A stretch of 64,000 nt of DNA from positions 2,696-66,695 of the forward strand of contig JAZLAZ010000007.1 of NCBI GenBank assembly GCA_045613445.1, read 5' to 3'. The stretch's first letter is position 1. Each line of letters begins with the position of its first letter. The notes beneath the pieces were generated by a model. That model was not told the origin of the DNA and made no database searches. It worked only from the letters and a program-made list of their open reading frames with translations. A program made the position numbers and the translations under genes. This DNA comes from Candidatus Enterousia sp. Its GTDB lineage: Bacteria; Pseudomonadota; Alphaproteobacteria; Rs-D84. Positions 54,083 to 62,586 of this stretch are shown piece after piece.

Positions 54083-54097
54083 GTTGGGGCTGCCAAA
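54083..54097 (+). repeat. direct 15-nt copy of the tRNA-Glu 3' end (att-like scar)
   Basis: GTTGGGGCTGCCAAA is identical to 53849-53863. Confidence 0.7.
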
Positions 54098-54266
54098 TAA
54101 ATCGAGTTTTATACCCGATTTTTCTTTGTTTTCCAACACTTTCAGCAGTTCGAAAGTTAGGTGTTGAAAACACACACCGTTTCACACATTTACGAACCAT
54201 TAAACAGAAAAGGTTAGAAATCTAACCTTTTCCTTAGTTCGTATTTGTTGTGGGTATTTTAACTTT

Positions 54267-54869
54267 TTAATCTCTTTCTATGCTTTTTTGTGGGATAGAA
54301 ATTTTTCGGCGACTTCTGTTTATGATGGCATCCATTGTTTTAATTTGTTCTAATTCTTCACCAGAAATAATATCTATTACTTCATAAGGCTTATCTTTAA
54401 TTGCATTTAATATATGAAAAACAGGTTTGCCTATTTCAATAGGTTGTTTCAACATTCTTTGAAAATCTTGTCCCATCACATTATGACAACGCGGTTCAAA
54501 GATATGGTATTGTCCATCGGATAATTTAACGGCTGGCACAACATGACCGATATTGCTTTTACCGGCATTTAAACAATCTGTTTCTGTTGTTATAACAGCT
54601 TTTAAATCCAATCCTGAATCTTTCGCGGCATATAAAAACAATTTTGTCATACCCGTACACGAAGCCAAATCGCCCAGTCTTTGTTCATAAAATTCTTTCC
54701 CTGATATATCAAAACGAACGTCTTTTGTAGACACACCTTTTGAAACTGCAAGACGAGTTGTTGTTATTCCTTTTGCAAACTTTTTGGCATCACGAAACGC
54801 ACCGGTTTTTGGGTCGTGTATTTTATTGAGAACTTTCTGTAAAGATTCCAAAATTTCTTTATCTGTCAT
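54267..54869 (-). CDS. hypothetical protein (possible Cys-His-Asp papain/transglutaminase-like core), probably leaderless
   Basis: The ORF's internal ATG at 54869 lies 7 nt after a TTTACA-17-TATAAT promoter (54877-54905). Candidate C (LASCTG) and H (IGHVVP) residues; weak. Confidence 0.45.
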   Translation of the reverse strand: MTDKEILESLQKVLNKIHDPKTGAFRDAKKFAKGITTTRLAVSKGVSTKDVRFDISGKEFYEQRLGDLASCTGMTKLFLYAAKDSGLDLKAVITTETDCLNAGKSNIGHVVPAVKLSDGQYHIFEPRCHNVMGQDFQRMLKQPIEIGKPVFHILNAIKDKPYEVIDIISGEELEQIKTMDAIINRSRRKISIPQKSIERD

Positions 54870-54910
54870 GGCTTTGATTATAGCATATTTAAACAATTTT
54901 GTAAAAATAC

Positions 54911-54951
54911 TTTAACATCTTTCCCAAACAACAACAAATCATGTATAAAAT
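54911..54951. repeat. 41-nt conserved upstream element, copy 1
   Basis: 38/41 identical to 55410-55450. Lies just upstream (minus sense) of the promoter of ORF 54267..54869. Confidence 0.85.
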
Positions 54952-55011
54952 CAGTTCGTGAATTGCACAGAATGCCCTGCCAAAATAAAAACACCGCACA
55001 ACGCGGTGTTT

Positions 55012-55317
55012 TTATTTTTCTTTTTGTTTTTTTCCAAACAATTCTTTGCGGCGTGCTTCACATGCTAATGCAATTTTTTTGTAATCTGCACGCTTCAAGA
55101 TAAAGTCCAAAATTTCTGTATCATTGTTTTTGATTAAATAAACATCACGCATACTGGAATAAATTGAATAATTACCAACAACCCATCTGATTTTACGTTC
55201 CAGAACAGTGCCGTCCTCTTCATCAATAAAATCGTTAACTTGTTTTGACACCGTAGATACTGGCACCAAATCCATCAAATTTTGTAATTTTAAATTATAT
55301 ATTTCTTTTTTACTCAT
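55012..55317 (-). CDS. hypothetical protein (101 aa from RBS-supported ATG; ORF extends to 55374)
   Basis: RBS AAGGA before MSKKEIYNLK. Followed by terminator ACACCGC/GCGGTGT at 54991-55009. Confidence 0.45.
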   Translation of the reverse strand: MSKKEIYNLKLQNLMDLVPVSTVSKQVNDFIDEEDGTVLERKIRWVVGNYSIYSSMRDVYLIKNNDTEILDFILKRADYKKIALACEARRKELFGKKQKEK

Positions 55318-55409
55318 TTCTAATTCCTTATTTACACTCAAATATATAACACCTTTTTTTTGTTTGTCAACCATCGTTTAAACAGTTATCACAAAATTTG
55401 CAAAAATTC

Positions 55410-55450
55410 TTTAACATCTTTCCCAAACATCAACAAATCACGAATAAAAT
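55410..55450. repeat. 41-nt conserved upstream element, copy 2
   Basis: TTTAACATCTTTCCCAAACA(T)CAACAAATCA(C)G(A)ATAAAAT; see copy 1. Confidence 0.85.
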
Positions 55451-55456
55451 AAAAAA

Positions 55457-55486
55457 TTGACAGATTGATATGCGTGCGACTATAAT
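55457..55486 (+). promoter_or_regulatory. near-consensus sigma70 promoter
   Basis: TTGACA, 18 nt, TATAAT. The ATG of the mini-lipoprotein lies 7 nt downstream. Confidence 0.6.
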
Positions 55487-55493
55487 GCACAGC

Positions 55494-55610
55494 ATGAAAA
55501 AGATATTTCTGGGATTTTTAGCGGCAAGCATACTGATATTATCGGGCTGTGGTGTAAAATCTGAATTAAAGCGGCCTGATGATTTTCCACGGAATTATCC
55601 TGTTTATTAA
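55494..55610 (+). CDS. 38-aa lipoprotein (YifL/LptM-like size and lipobox; not in ORF track), probably leaderless
   Basis: MKKIFLGFLAASILILSGCGVKSELKRPDDFPRNYPVY with lipobox LSGC. No room for an SD after the -10. Confidence 0.45.
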   Translation: MKKIFLGFLAASILILSGCGVKSELKRPDDFPRNYPVY

Positions 55611-55616
55611 AGACAT

Positions 55617-55701
55617 GCGGGTATGGCGAAATTGGTAGACGCACTGGATTTAGGTTCCAGCGGGGCAACCCATAGGAGTTCAAGTCTCCTTACCCGCACC
55701 A
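55617..55701 (+). tRNA. tRNA-Leu (UAG)
   Basis: Hand-folded: acceptor GCGGGTA/TACCCGC, anticodon loop TTTAGGT, long variable arm, T-loop TTCAAGT, ACCA. Confidence 0.88.
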
Positions 55702-55773
55702 CACTTTTCTTTTTTTGTGCGTCGAACAATTTTGCCATTGGCGTCTGCGTAGCGGAACACGAGTAAAACGAGT

Positions 55774-55850
55774 GGTCAAATTGGTAGACGCACTGGATTT
55801 AGGTTCCAGCGGGGCAAGCAAAAGGAGTTCAAATCTCCTTACCCGCACCA
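55774..55850 (+). pseudogene. 5'-truncated duplicate of tRNA-Leu (UAG)
   Basis: Near-identical from the D-loop to CCA (plus 5 nt beyond), but has no 5' acceptor strand able to pair with TACCCGC. Confidence 0.75.
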
Positions 55851-55981
55851 CACTTCGCGTATGCGATGCAACACAATGTCGCAACTATGAATATCAAAAA
55901 AGCATTTTTTGTAAAAAAGACTTGATTTTTTATTATATATACCCTAAAATCGGTCGCAGAATAAGATAAAAGGCGAGTAAA

Positions 55982-56161
55982 ATGGCATCTAAAAAAGGTA
56001 GCAAAGAAGTTGTACAGTTGAAAAACGCTGAAACTGGCGTATTCTATATTACAACAAAAAATACCAAGTCTGAAAATACAGCTGGTAAAATGAAATTCCG
56101 TAAATACGACAAAAAATTGCGTAAGCATGTCGTGTTCACAGAAGCAAAAATGCCTCACTAA
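55982..56161 (+). CDS. rpmG: 50S ribosomal protein L33 (not in ORF track, 59 aa)
   Basis: MASKKGSKEVVQLKNAETGVFYITTKNTKSENTAGKMKFRKYDKKLRKHVVFTEAKMPH fits the L33 pattern (Y.T.KN....KYD....KHV.F.E.K). Confidence 0.85.
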   Translation: MASKKGSKEVVQLKNAETGVFYITTKNTKSENTAGKMKFRKYDKKLRKHVVFTEAKMPH

Positions 56162-56188
56162 ATCTTGTGTCGCATTTGTGTTTGAAAT

Positions 56189-56216
56189 AAAAAAATCTCC
56201 TGTTGGAGATTTTTTA
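56189..56216. terminator. terminator AAAAAAATCTCC-tgtt-GGAGATTTTTT
   Basis: Variant of the stereotyped hairpin; follows rpmG. Confidence 0.7.
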
Positions 56217-56358
56217 TTATCCTGCCTCATTTGATTTTGCATAAAAATTTCTACAAAACGCTTGACTTTATATATAAAATACATATAATTTGCATAAACT
56301 TTTCGCCAAATAGCGTAAATAAGTAACAATAAAACAAAAAAACATAAGAGAAAGCAAT

Positions 56359-56658
56359 ATGACAGAATTTGCAATCTTTCAAACTGGTGGCAAACAATAT
56401 CGCGTTGCAAACGGTGATATTATCAAGGTTGAAAAACTGAATGCCACAGGTTCAATTGAATTCGACCAAGTATTGATGGTCGGCGACAAAATTGGCACAC
56501 CATTCGTCGAAGGCGCCAAAGTTGTTGCAGAAGTAGTTGAACAGAAACGCGCTGACAAAATTTTGGTTTTCAAGAAAAAACGTCGCCAAAATTATCGCCG
56601 CACAGCCGGTCATCGTCAGTTCATCACTGTTCTGAAAATAACAGATATCAAAGCCTAA
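56359..56658 (+). CDS. rplU: 50S ribosomal protein L21
   Basis: [20 protein letters not shown] pattern; precedes rpmA. Confidence 0.93.
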   Translation: MTEFAIFQTGGKQYRVANGDIIKVEKLNATGSIEFDQVLMVGDKIGTPFVEGAKVVAEVVEQKRADKILVFKKKRRQNYRRTAGHRQFITVLKITDIKA

Positions 56659-56670
56659 GGAGTATAAACT

Positions 56671-56934
56671 ATGGCACATAAGAAAGCTGGTTCGGCATCT
56701 ACGAACGGACGCGATTCTGCTGGACGCAGATTGGGCGTTAAAAAAGCTGGTGGCAGCCGTGTTATCCCAGGCAATATCATCATTCGCCAACGCGGTACAT
56801 CTGTACACCCAGGCTTGAATGTTGGCATGGGTAAAGATCACACAATCTTTGCTAAAATCGCTGGCATCGTAAAATTCAAAAAGGGCAACGGCGACAGAAA
56901 AACTGTTTCTGTTATCCCAGAAGAAGCAAAATAA
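56671..56934 (+). CDS. rpmA: 50S ribosomal protein L27
   Basis: [36 protein letters not shown]. Confidence 0.95.
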   Translation: MAHKKAGSASTNGRDSAGRRLGVKKAGGSRVIPGNIIIRQRGTSVHPGLNVGMGKDHTIFAKIAGIVKFKKGNGDRKTVSVIPEEAK

Positions 56935-56935
56935 T

Positions 56936-56964
56936 AAAAAAATCCCCCGTTTGGGGGATTTTTA
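56936..56964. terminator. terminator AAAAAAATCCCCC-gttt-GGGGGATTTTT
   Basis: Stereotyped hairpin after rpmA. Confidence 0.8.
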
Positions 56965-56989
56965 GTCCTGAATAAAAAAATAAAGTATT

Positions 56990-57307
56990 ATGCAGTTAAA
57001 AAACACAACTTCATTTGATATGGCACGTTTCCTGTTAATGTTGGACGAAATGCATACAGAAGACCTGCAACACTTATTTAAATTCCATAAATTATGGCCT
57101 GTATTATATCACACCATATACATGCATGAAAAACACGCAAAAGAAAACAAAATCAATCAATTAAGATTCAAGAGACAAAAGCTGACTATAAAGATTATAA
57201 AAACGAAACAATCTGACGCGGCCGAAGATGAAAAAAACCGTAAAATAACACAAATGCAGTCTTATATCAGAAACATCAACAAGGAATTACATAAACTATC
57301 ACGATAA
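56990..57307 (+). CDS. hypothetical basic protein (105 aa)
   Basis: ORF bounded by two stereotyped terminators. No homology recognised. Confidence 0.45.
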   Translation: MQLKNTTSFDMARFLLMLDEMHTEDLQHLFKFHKLWPVLYHTIYMHEKHAKENKINQLRFKRQKLTIKIIKTKQSDAAEDEKNRKITQMQSYIRNINKELHKLSR

Positions 57308-57331
57308 AAATCCCCCAACTGGGGGATTTTT
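57306..57331. terminator. terminator AAAAATCCCCC-aact-GGGGGATTTTT
   Basis: Stereotyped hairpin. Confidence 0.8.
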
Positions 57332-57445
57332 GTTGTGTTTATATACCTTTATCATTGCGCGTGCATCCGATACAGACACAAAACACTTGACAAATCTTTT
57401 TTATGTGTTATTTTATTCCCAGAAATTACTAAAAAAGGATTTATT

Positions 57446-57688
57446 ATGAACGATACAGGTATAATGCAAGAAATCAGAAACTTGGAACAAAAAATCCAAG
57501 ATTCAACTGAACGTGTTGCAGAATTGTCAAATAGAATTACAGAACACAGAGTTGGTTTAAGCTTTAACGCAGTCGGCCAAACTGATGCTATTTACGAAGC
57601 GGAAATAGACATGCAAAATGTCATCTGTGAACAAATGCGTATGAAAGAAAAATTAGCTGGGTTGTATAAAGAAGTCATGATCCGATAA
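57446..57688 (+). CDS. hypothetical small coiled-coil protein (80 aa)
   Basis: ATG 57446 with RBS AAAGGA. Heptad-like sequence. Confidence 0.45.
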   Translation: MNDTGIMQEIRNLEQKIQDSTERVAELSNRITEHRVGLSFNAVGQTDAIYEAEIDMQNVICEQMRMKEKLAGLYKEVMIR

Positions 57689-57714
57689 AAAATCCCCCAA
57701 TTGGGGGATTTTTA
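57687..57714. terminator. bidirectional terminator AAAAAATCCCCC-aatt-GGGGGATTTTT
   Basis: Lies between convergent genes 57446..57688 (+) and 57712..58953 (-). Confidence 0.8.
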
Positions 57715-58953
57715 TTTACATACTGCGACATATGGTGGGTGCGAACGCGATTCATCAATTTGCCCCATACCACAATCAAGACAGTTGAATTTTCTATTTT
57801 GCGAATGCTGTTTATCCAATGGAACAGATATACCAGACATATCTTCAACATCATTTACATATGCCATATTTGGAAACCCAAAATATACTGCACGGGACGA
57901 ACCACCACATTCCGATAAATCACCTGGATAACAATTTTTATCGTTCACCTTGGATGCATCAGGAACACAATGTGATACACATGTTTCTGGATCTGTTATC
58001 ATACGCTCGCAATCTGTGCACGATGTTTGTGGTATGCGCAATGTTGTGCCAAATGTACCGTATACATTTCCAGAAACAACATTATCGCACTTTTTAGAAT
58101 CTGCCACAGCCCCAGGTTCAACAACACATTCCCATTCCAAAGTATTATAATTTAGACGCGCAATCATATTATTTGGACAAACTTTATCTGGAAACGGACT
58201 GATACATTCCCAAACATTATCAACCATTACTGCATTTTGATTCGATGCACACAATGGCTTACGCGATTCATCAGCAACACATTCAGACAAATTTGAATCC
58301 CATATCATATCACCACCACAATCTGTTTTGGCGTTGTAACTGATACACTGCCAACGACCAAAACGATATGTCTTGACCGTACCAACAGGACAATTTACAT
58401 CAATAACAGATTCTGTTACATATCCCGTACCAACATCCGGCACATCGTACTGTGTTAAATAAACCAACTGACCATCTTGTAGTTTCATCTGTTGAATTAT
58501 CGCGTTTGGCACAATTCGCTTGGCCATCGTGCCACCAGATAAAATATTTTTATCTTGAAATAAACCAAATGTATCTGATTCAGAAAAATATCGTTCCAAT
58601 ATTCCCATCATATCATTAAAATAAGCACCTGAAATCGGCGCAGTCGCCGTTACAATGTAATGATTTAATTTTTTACGATTATTTTTATTTTCACAACTAG
58701 TTACCTTCATACTGCTGTTCAAGCAAATAAATTCACTGACAATTCCATACTGATCAACACATATATCATCAAATTCAAAGCCATTTATCTGGGCATTGTG
58801 TAACGCTGTCGCACACTGGGCAATGACACGCATATCAGATTGACTGACTGCGTATTCTGTTTCATGTGCACTTATCTTTTGACTGGGGCTGGACATCAAA
58901 TAATAACCAGTCATAAACAGCGCAACCAACATCATGATAAAAATATTCATCAT
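57712..58953 (-). CDS. hypothetical membrane-anchored, cysteine-rich protein (413 aa)
   Basis: N-terminal hydrophobic anchor. Roughly 28 Cys (by eye) with a recurring W-x-C-[IV] motif (GRWQCIS, NVWECIS, LEWECVV). Confidence 0.6.
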   Translation of the reverse strand: MMNIFIMMLVALFMTGYYLMSSPSQKISAHETEYAVSQSDMRVIAQCATALHNAQINGFEFDDICVDQYGIVSEFICLNSSMKVTSCENKNNRKKLNHYIVTATAPISGAYFNDMMGILERYFSESDTFGLFQDKNILSGGTMAKRIVPNAIIQQMKLQDGQLVYLTQYDVPDVGTGYVTESVIDVNCPVGTVKTYRFGRWQCISYNAKTDCGGDMIWDSNLSECVADESRKPLCASNQNAVMVDNVWECISPFPDKVCPNNMIARLNYNTLEWECVVEPGAVADSKKCDNVVSGNVYGTFGTTLRIPQTSCTDCERMITDPETCVSHCVPDASKVNDKNCYPGDLSECGGSSRAVYFGFPNMAYVNDVEDMSGISVPLDKQHSQNRKFNCLDCGMGQIDESRSHPPYVAVCK

Positions 58954-59022
58954 TCCCTCTTGCGATTTATAAAAAGTCTAGGTAATATACAAATAAATTG
59001 CAATAGAAAATCTGGATATATT

Positions 59023-59502
59023 ATGAAAAAAATTTTAATTATATTGTCTGTCATGTTTTTATCAGGTTGTGGATTTACACCAATGTATAACGGACAAACG
59101 ACCGATATATATATCGCACCAATCAGCGGAATCAACGGAATAGAACTGCGTAATGAACTGTGGGCTAAGTTTGGCAACCAATACGGTCCAGACGCAACAT
59201 ATACATTAAAAATTCAGTTAAATTCACCACAAACCCAGTACAAGGCACTGGAACAAACAGGGGACGCAACATGGCAAGAAGTTTCTTTGGTTGCAAATTA
59301 CACACTGTGGTATGGTGACAAACAAATTGCATCCGGCAATGATCGTGCATCTGAATCATATCCTTTTGTTTCGTACTTGGTTGCATCAAATGCGTCTTAT
59401 AACAATGCTGTTAAAAATGTTATACGAACATTATCAGATCAAATCAGTGCACGTATAATTGCAGAAACATATAAATATGAACAAAAGAATACTGTAAAAT
59501 AA
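59023..59502 (+). CDS. lptE: LPS-assembly lipoprotein LptE-like
   Basis: MKKILIILSVMFLSGCGFTPMY lipobox with the GCGF motif. Conserved lptE-holA synteny. Confidence 0.6.
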   Translation: MKKILIILSVMFLSGCGFTPMYNGQTTDIYIAPISGINGIELRNELWAKFGNQYGPDATYTLKIQLNSPQTQYKALEQTGDATWQEVSLVANYTLWYGDKQIASGNDRASESYPFVSYLVASNASYNNAVKNVIRTLSDQISARIIAETYKYEQKNTVK

Positions 59503-60491
59503 TGAAATGGCGTGACACAGATTTTAAAAATGATATCAATAAAATTCGTGCTGTTTTAATATACGGTCCGGACGCTGGTCAGGTCGATGAATATTGCGAT
59601 TTGGCGATTGAAAAGTTAGGTATCGAAAAAGACAACTTATTCGCACTGGATTCTGACGAGCTGCGCGAAAAGCAAGACGCACTGTTTGCCGAAGCATGTA
59701 CACCATCTATGTTCGGTGGTAATAAAATGGTGTTGATTTCAAATGCAGGCGATGCATCCGCCAAGGCAATTTCAGAACTGATTTCACACAATGGATTATG
59801 CGCCACAGTAATTGTCACAGCAGGCGATTTGCGCGCTGGGGGTGGATTGCGCACTTTATTCGAAGCTGCTGATAATATGGCTGCATTGGCGTGCTATACA
59901 GATGATGCACGAACACTGGCCACATTGATAAGAAATGAATTGTCTGCATCCGCAGGAATCAGCCAAATCACACCTGATGCGATGGATTATATGACATCTC
60001 ATTTGGGCAGTGACCGTGGCATCACACGCGGTTTTCTGGCTAAAATTGCACTGTATGTTGATGACAAGCGCATCGTTGAACTTAGTGATGTTGAAAAATG
60101 TTTGCCAGATACAGGCGCTGCAGATATGGATGATTTCTTGTTTTCTTTGACAGCAGGACACATTCAACAGACTATGACCGCTTTGGACAGACTGATGTAC
60201 GATAACAAAGAACCAAATATGATGGTTCGTATGCTGGACGGACATTTCAAAAAATTGCAAAACGCTGTTGTAAATGGACAATTGCCACGCCTGTTCTGGA
60301 AGGTGGAAGAAAAGTTTAAGATGGCCATGAAAATTTGGCCTGAATCAGAGATTACAAATGTTTTAATCCGATTAAACGAACTGGAAAGGCAATTGCGAAC
60401 AACAGGCATGCCATCTGAAATATTATTGCGCGACTTTGCATTGAAGCTGTCTTTACGCGCCGCCAAATTGGCAATCAAACGAAGAAATTAA
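59502..60491 (+). CDS. holA: DNA polymerase III delta subunit
   Basis: Size, VLIYGPDAGQVDEY N-terminus and position after lptE. Confidence 0.65.
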   Translation: MKWRDTDFKNDINKIRAVLIYGPDAGQVDEYCDLAIEKLGIEKDNLFALDSDELREKQDALFAEACTPSMFGGNKMVLISNAGDASAKAISELISHNGLCATVIVTAGDLRAGGGLRTLFEAADNMAALACYTDDARTLATLIRNELSASAGISQITPDAMDYMTSHLGSDRGITRGFLAKIALYVDDKRIVELSDVEKCLPDTGAADMDDFLFSLTAGHIQQTMTALDRLMYDNKEPNMMVRMLDGHFKKLQNAVVNGQLPRLFWKVEEKFKMAMKIWPESEITNVLIRLNELERQLRTTGMPSEILLRDFALKLSLRAAKLAIKRRN

Positions 60492-60510
60492 AATACACGG
60501 GGGAATAATA

Positions 60511-61272
60511 ATGTTATCATCTGTATATGCACCAAAAGATTTTAAAAGACTGCGCGCCGCAGGCGATGTTGTTGCACGCTGTTTCGATTTTATTTCGCCA
60601 TATATCAAAGCTGGCATTTCAACAGGCGAAATCGACAGAATGGTCGCACAGTTCTTGAAAGAAAATGGTGCAAAATCTTCGGATTTGGGTTATCAGGGAT
60701 ATCCAAAACATATCTGCACATCTGTAAACGATGTTATCGTTCACGGAATCCCCAGTGATGATGTCATATTAAAAGATGGCGATATCGTCAATGTCGATTT
60801 AACCGCAGAATACAAAGGATTTCACGGGGACGCTTCACGCATGTTTATGATTGGAAATGTTTCAAATCAAGCACGCAAATTGGTTCAGGTTTGCCAAGAT
60901 GCGTTAAATGCAGCAATTTCAATATGCGCACCAGGTGTACCATTGTCTGAAATCGGAAAAACAATCGAAGAAGTTGTAACACCACATGGATTTTCAATAT
61001 CACGCGATTTTGTAGGACATGGTATCGGCAAAGTTATGCACGACGATCCACAGATATATCATTTTTATGACAAGCGTTGGGATAAAGTTAAAATGGTGCC
61101 AGGGCTGGTATTTACAATCGAACCAATGATAAATACAGGTTCTGCAGAATGCAAAATCGATCCAGACGGATGGACAGCACGTACCATTGACGGTGGTTTG
61201 TCCGCCCAGTGGGAACATACAATTGGAATTACCGAAGACGGCGCAATAATATTCACAGAAAAAATGATTTAA
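60511..61272 (+). CDS. map: type I methionine aminopeptidase
   Basis: VHGIP, DIVNVD, GFHGD, VGHGIG, FTIEP, WEHT metal-ligand motifs. Confidence 0.95.
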   Translation: MLSSVYAPKDFKRLRAAGDVVARCFDFISPYIKAGISTGEIDRMVAQFLKENGAKSSDLGYQGYPKHICTSVNDVIVHGIPSDDVILKDGDIVNVDLTAEYKGFHGDASRMFMIGNVSNQARKLVQVCQDALNAAISICAPGVPLSEIGKTIEEVVTPHGFSISRDFVGHGIGKVMHDDPQIYHFYDKRWDKVKMVPGLVFTIEPMINTGSAECKIDPDGWTARTIDGGLSAQWEHTIGITEDGAIIFTEKMI

Positions 61273-61275
61273 TAC

Positions 61276-62004
61276 ATGACGATACAAGACGATAATTTTC
61301 ATGTCGGCCATCGAGAACGTCTGAAATCCAAATTTCTGGACAACAAATTGATGGATTATGAACTGTTGGAATTATTGCTAAGTTTTGCCATACCGCGGCG
61401 TGATGTCAGACCACTGGCCAGAAAATTGATACAACACTTTGGCGGTGTATATTATGTTATCGCTGCAGAATACGATGCATTGATTGCGGTCCCAGGCGTT
61501 GGTCGTTCAACTGCGATTTTAATCAGACTGGTTTGTGAAATGATGAAAGTCAGCCATATAAAAACATTAGAAGGCGGAACGATATTCTATAACCTGAAAG
61601 CGTTACAAGAATACTGCAGATTAGAACTGGCTGGCAAAACATACGAAGAAGTACATATCTTATATTTTGACAGCAATTTCAAGTTGATAGATCACGAAAC
61701 ACACAGTCGTGGCAGTATCGATTCTTCAAATATACACATCGACAAAATATTACAAAAGGCATTAAACAAAGGTGTGCGAACTATTGTTATGGTGCACAAC
61801 CATCCCGCCAGTGACAATATGTTTTCTTCACAAGATGTCGCAATAACCCAAGCATTGGTAAATTTATTAGGTTCTTGTGGAATAACTGTGTTCGACCATT
61901 ATGTTATCGTGTCTGGAATTTTATATTCTATGCGTGAAAAAGGATTATTAAATGAATCATTTTTCAACAAAGAACAATTCTTTGACTTCACAAACCGAAC
62001 CTAA
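61276..62004 (+). CDS. radC: RadC-family (JAB/MPN) protein
   Basis: HhH region (GVGRSTAILI) plus JAMM motif MVHNHPASD..SQDV. Confidence 0.9.
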   Translation: MTIQDDNFHVGHRERLKSKFLDNKLMDYELLELLLSFAIPRRDVRPLARKLIQHFGGVYYVIAAEYDALIAVPGVGRSTAILIRLVCEMMKVSHIKTLEGGTIFYNLKALQEYCRLELAGKTYEEVHILYFDSNFKLIDHETHSRGSIDSSNIHIDKILQKALNKGVRTIVMVHNHPASDNMFSSQDVAITQALVNLLGSCGITVFDHYVIVSGILYSMREKGLLNESFFNKEQFFDFTNRT

Positions 62005-62583
62005 GCTATTTTGAGATAATTGGACTATTTTTCCATTACGCAATACAAAATCCGTACGGGTTGCAATAGTTGGTGTATCCCATGAATTTTCCCATGGGCG
62101 AGATATCTTTATAACCTTAAAATCCGGTTCAAATATAAACTGTAATTTTTGTAATGAACATTCTGCACCTTCGGTGGTACGAAAACCATTTGGTGTTATA
62201 TTAAAAAACACACCATTTTTGTTCAATTCTATTTTGTATTCATACCAAAAGTGCGCTGTTCCATTTTCATTGCGTGTACGAGTAATTTTATCAATAAAAT
62301 CATCGTCATTTATATCAATGTTAAATACTTCTTTTCTGGAAATACCGTTGCCCGTTTCATCCAACGCAAATGTTTCAATTGAATCTGGACGTGGCAAACC
62401 ATCAGTAAACACATCTATTGCCTTTACTTTTTTGTCCATATTTAATTGCGGCGAATTTGTTCCATGCGCAGATATATCTGTATACGATTTTTGTGACACC
62501 AATACATACACCAATATACCAATAGCGCACAATATTATCATCAGTAAAATATTTATAGATATTTTTCCAGATTGTGATTTCAT
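61957..62583 (-). CDS. hypothetical membrane-anchored protein (208 aa)
   Basis: N-terminal TM (ISINILLMIILCAIGILVYVLV). No homology recognised. Confidence 0.5.
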   Translation of the reverse strand: MKSQSGKISINILLMIILCAIGILVYVLVSQKSYTDISAHGTNSPQLNMDKKVKAIDVFTDGLPRPDSIETFALDETGNGISRKEVFNIDINDDDFIDKITRTRNENGTAHFWYEYKIELNKNGVFFNITPNGFRTTEGAECSLQKLQFIFEPDFKVIKISRPWENSWDTPTIATRTDFVLRNGKIVQLSQNSLGSVCEVKELFFVEK

Positions 62584-62586
62584 ATC

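Noticed and set aside
53747-54175. ORFs of 142 aa (-) and 137 aa (+) in the track.
   Set aside because: They span tRNA-Glu, its terminator and the att-like repeats. They have no RBS, and each is the mirror of the other.
55829-56410. 193-aa minus-strand ORF.
   Set aside because: It is antisense to rpmG (L33, clear homology) and to the rplU start. Low-complexity Phe/Cys-rich translation.
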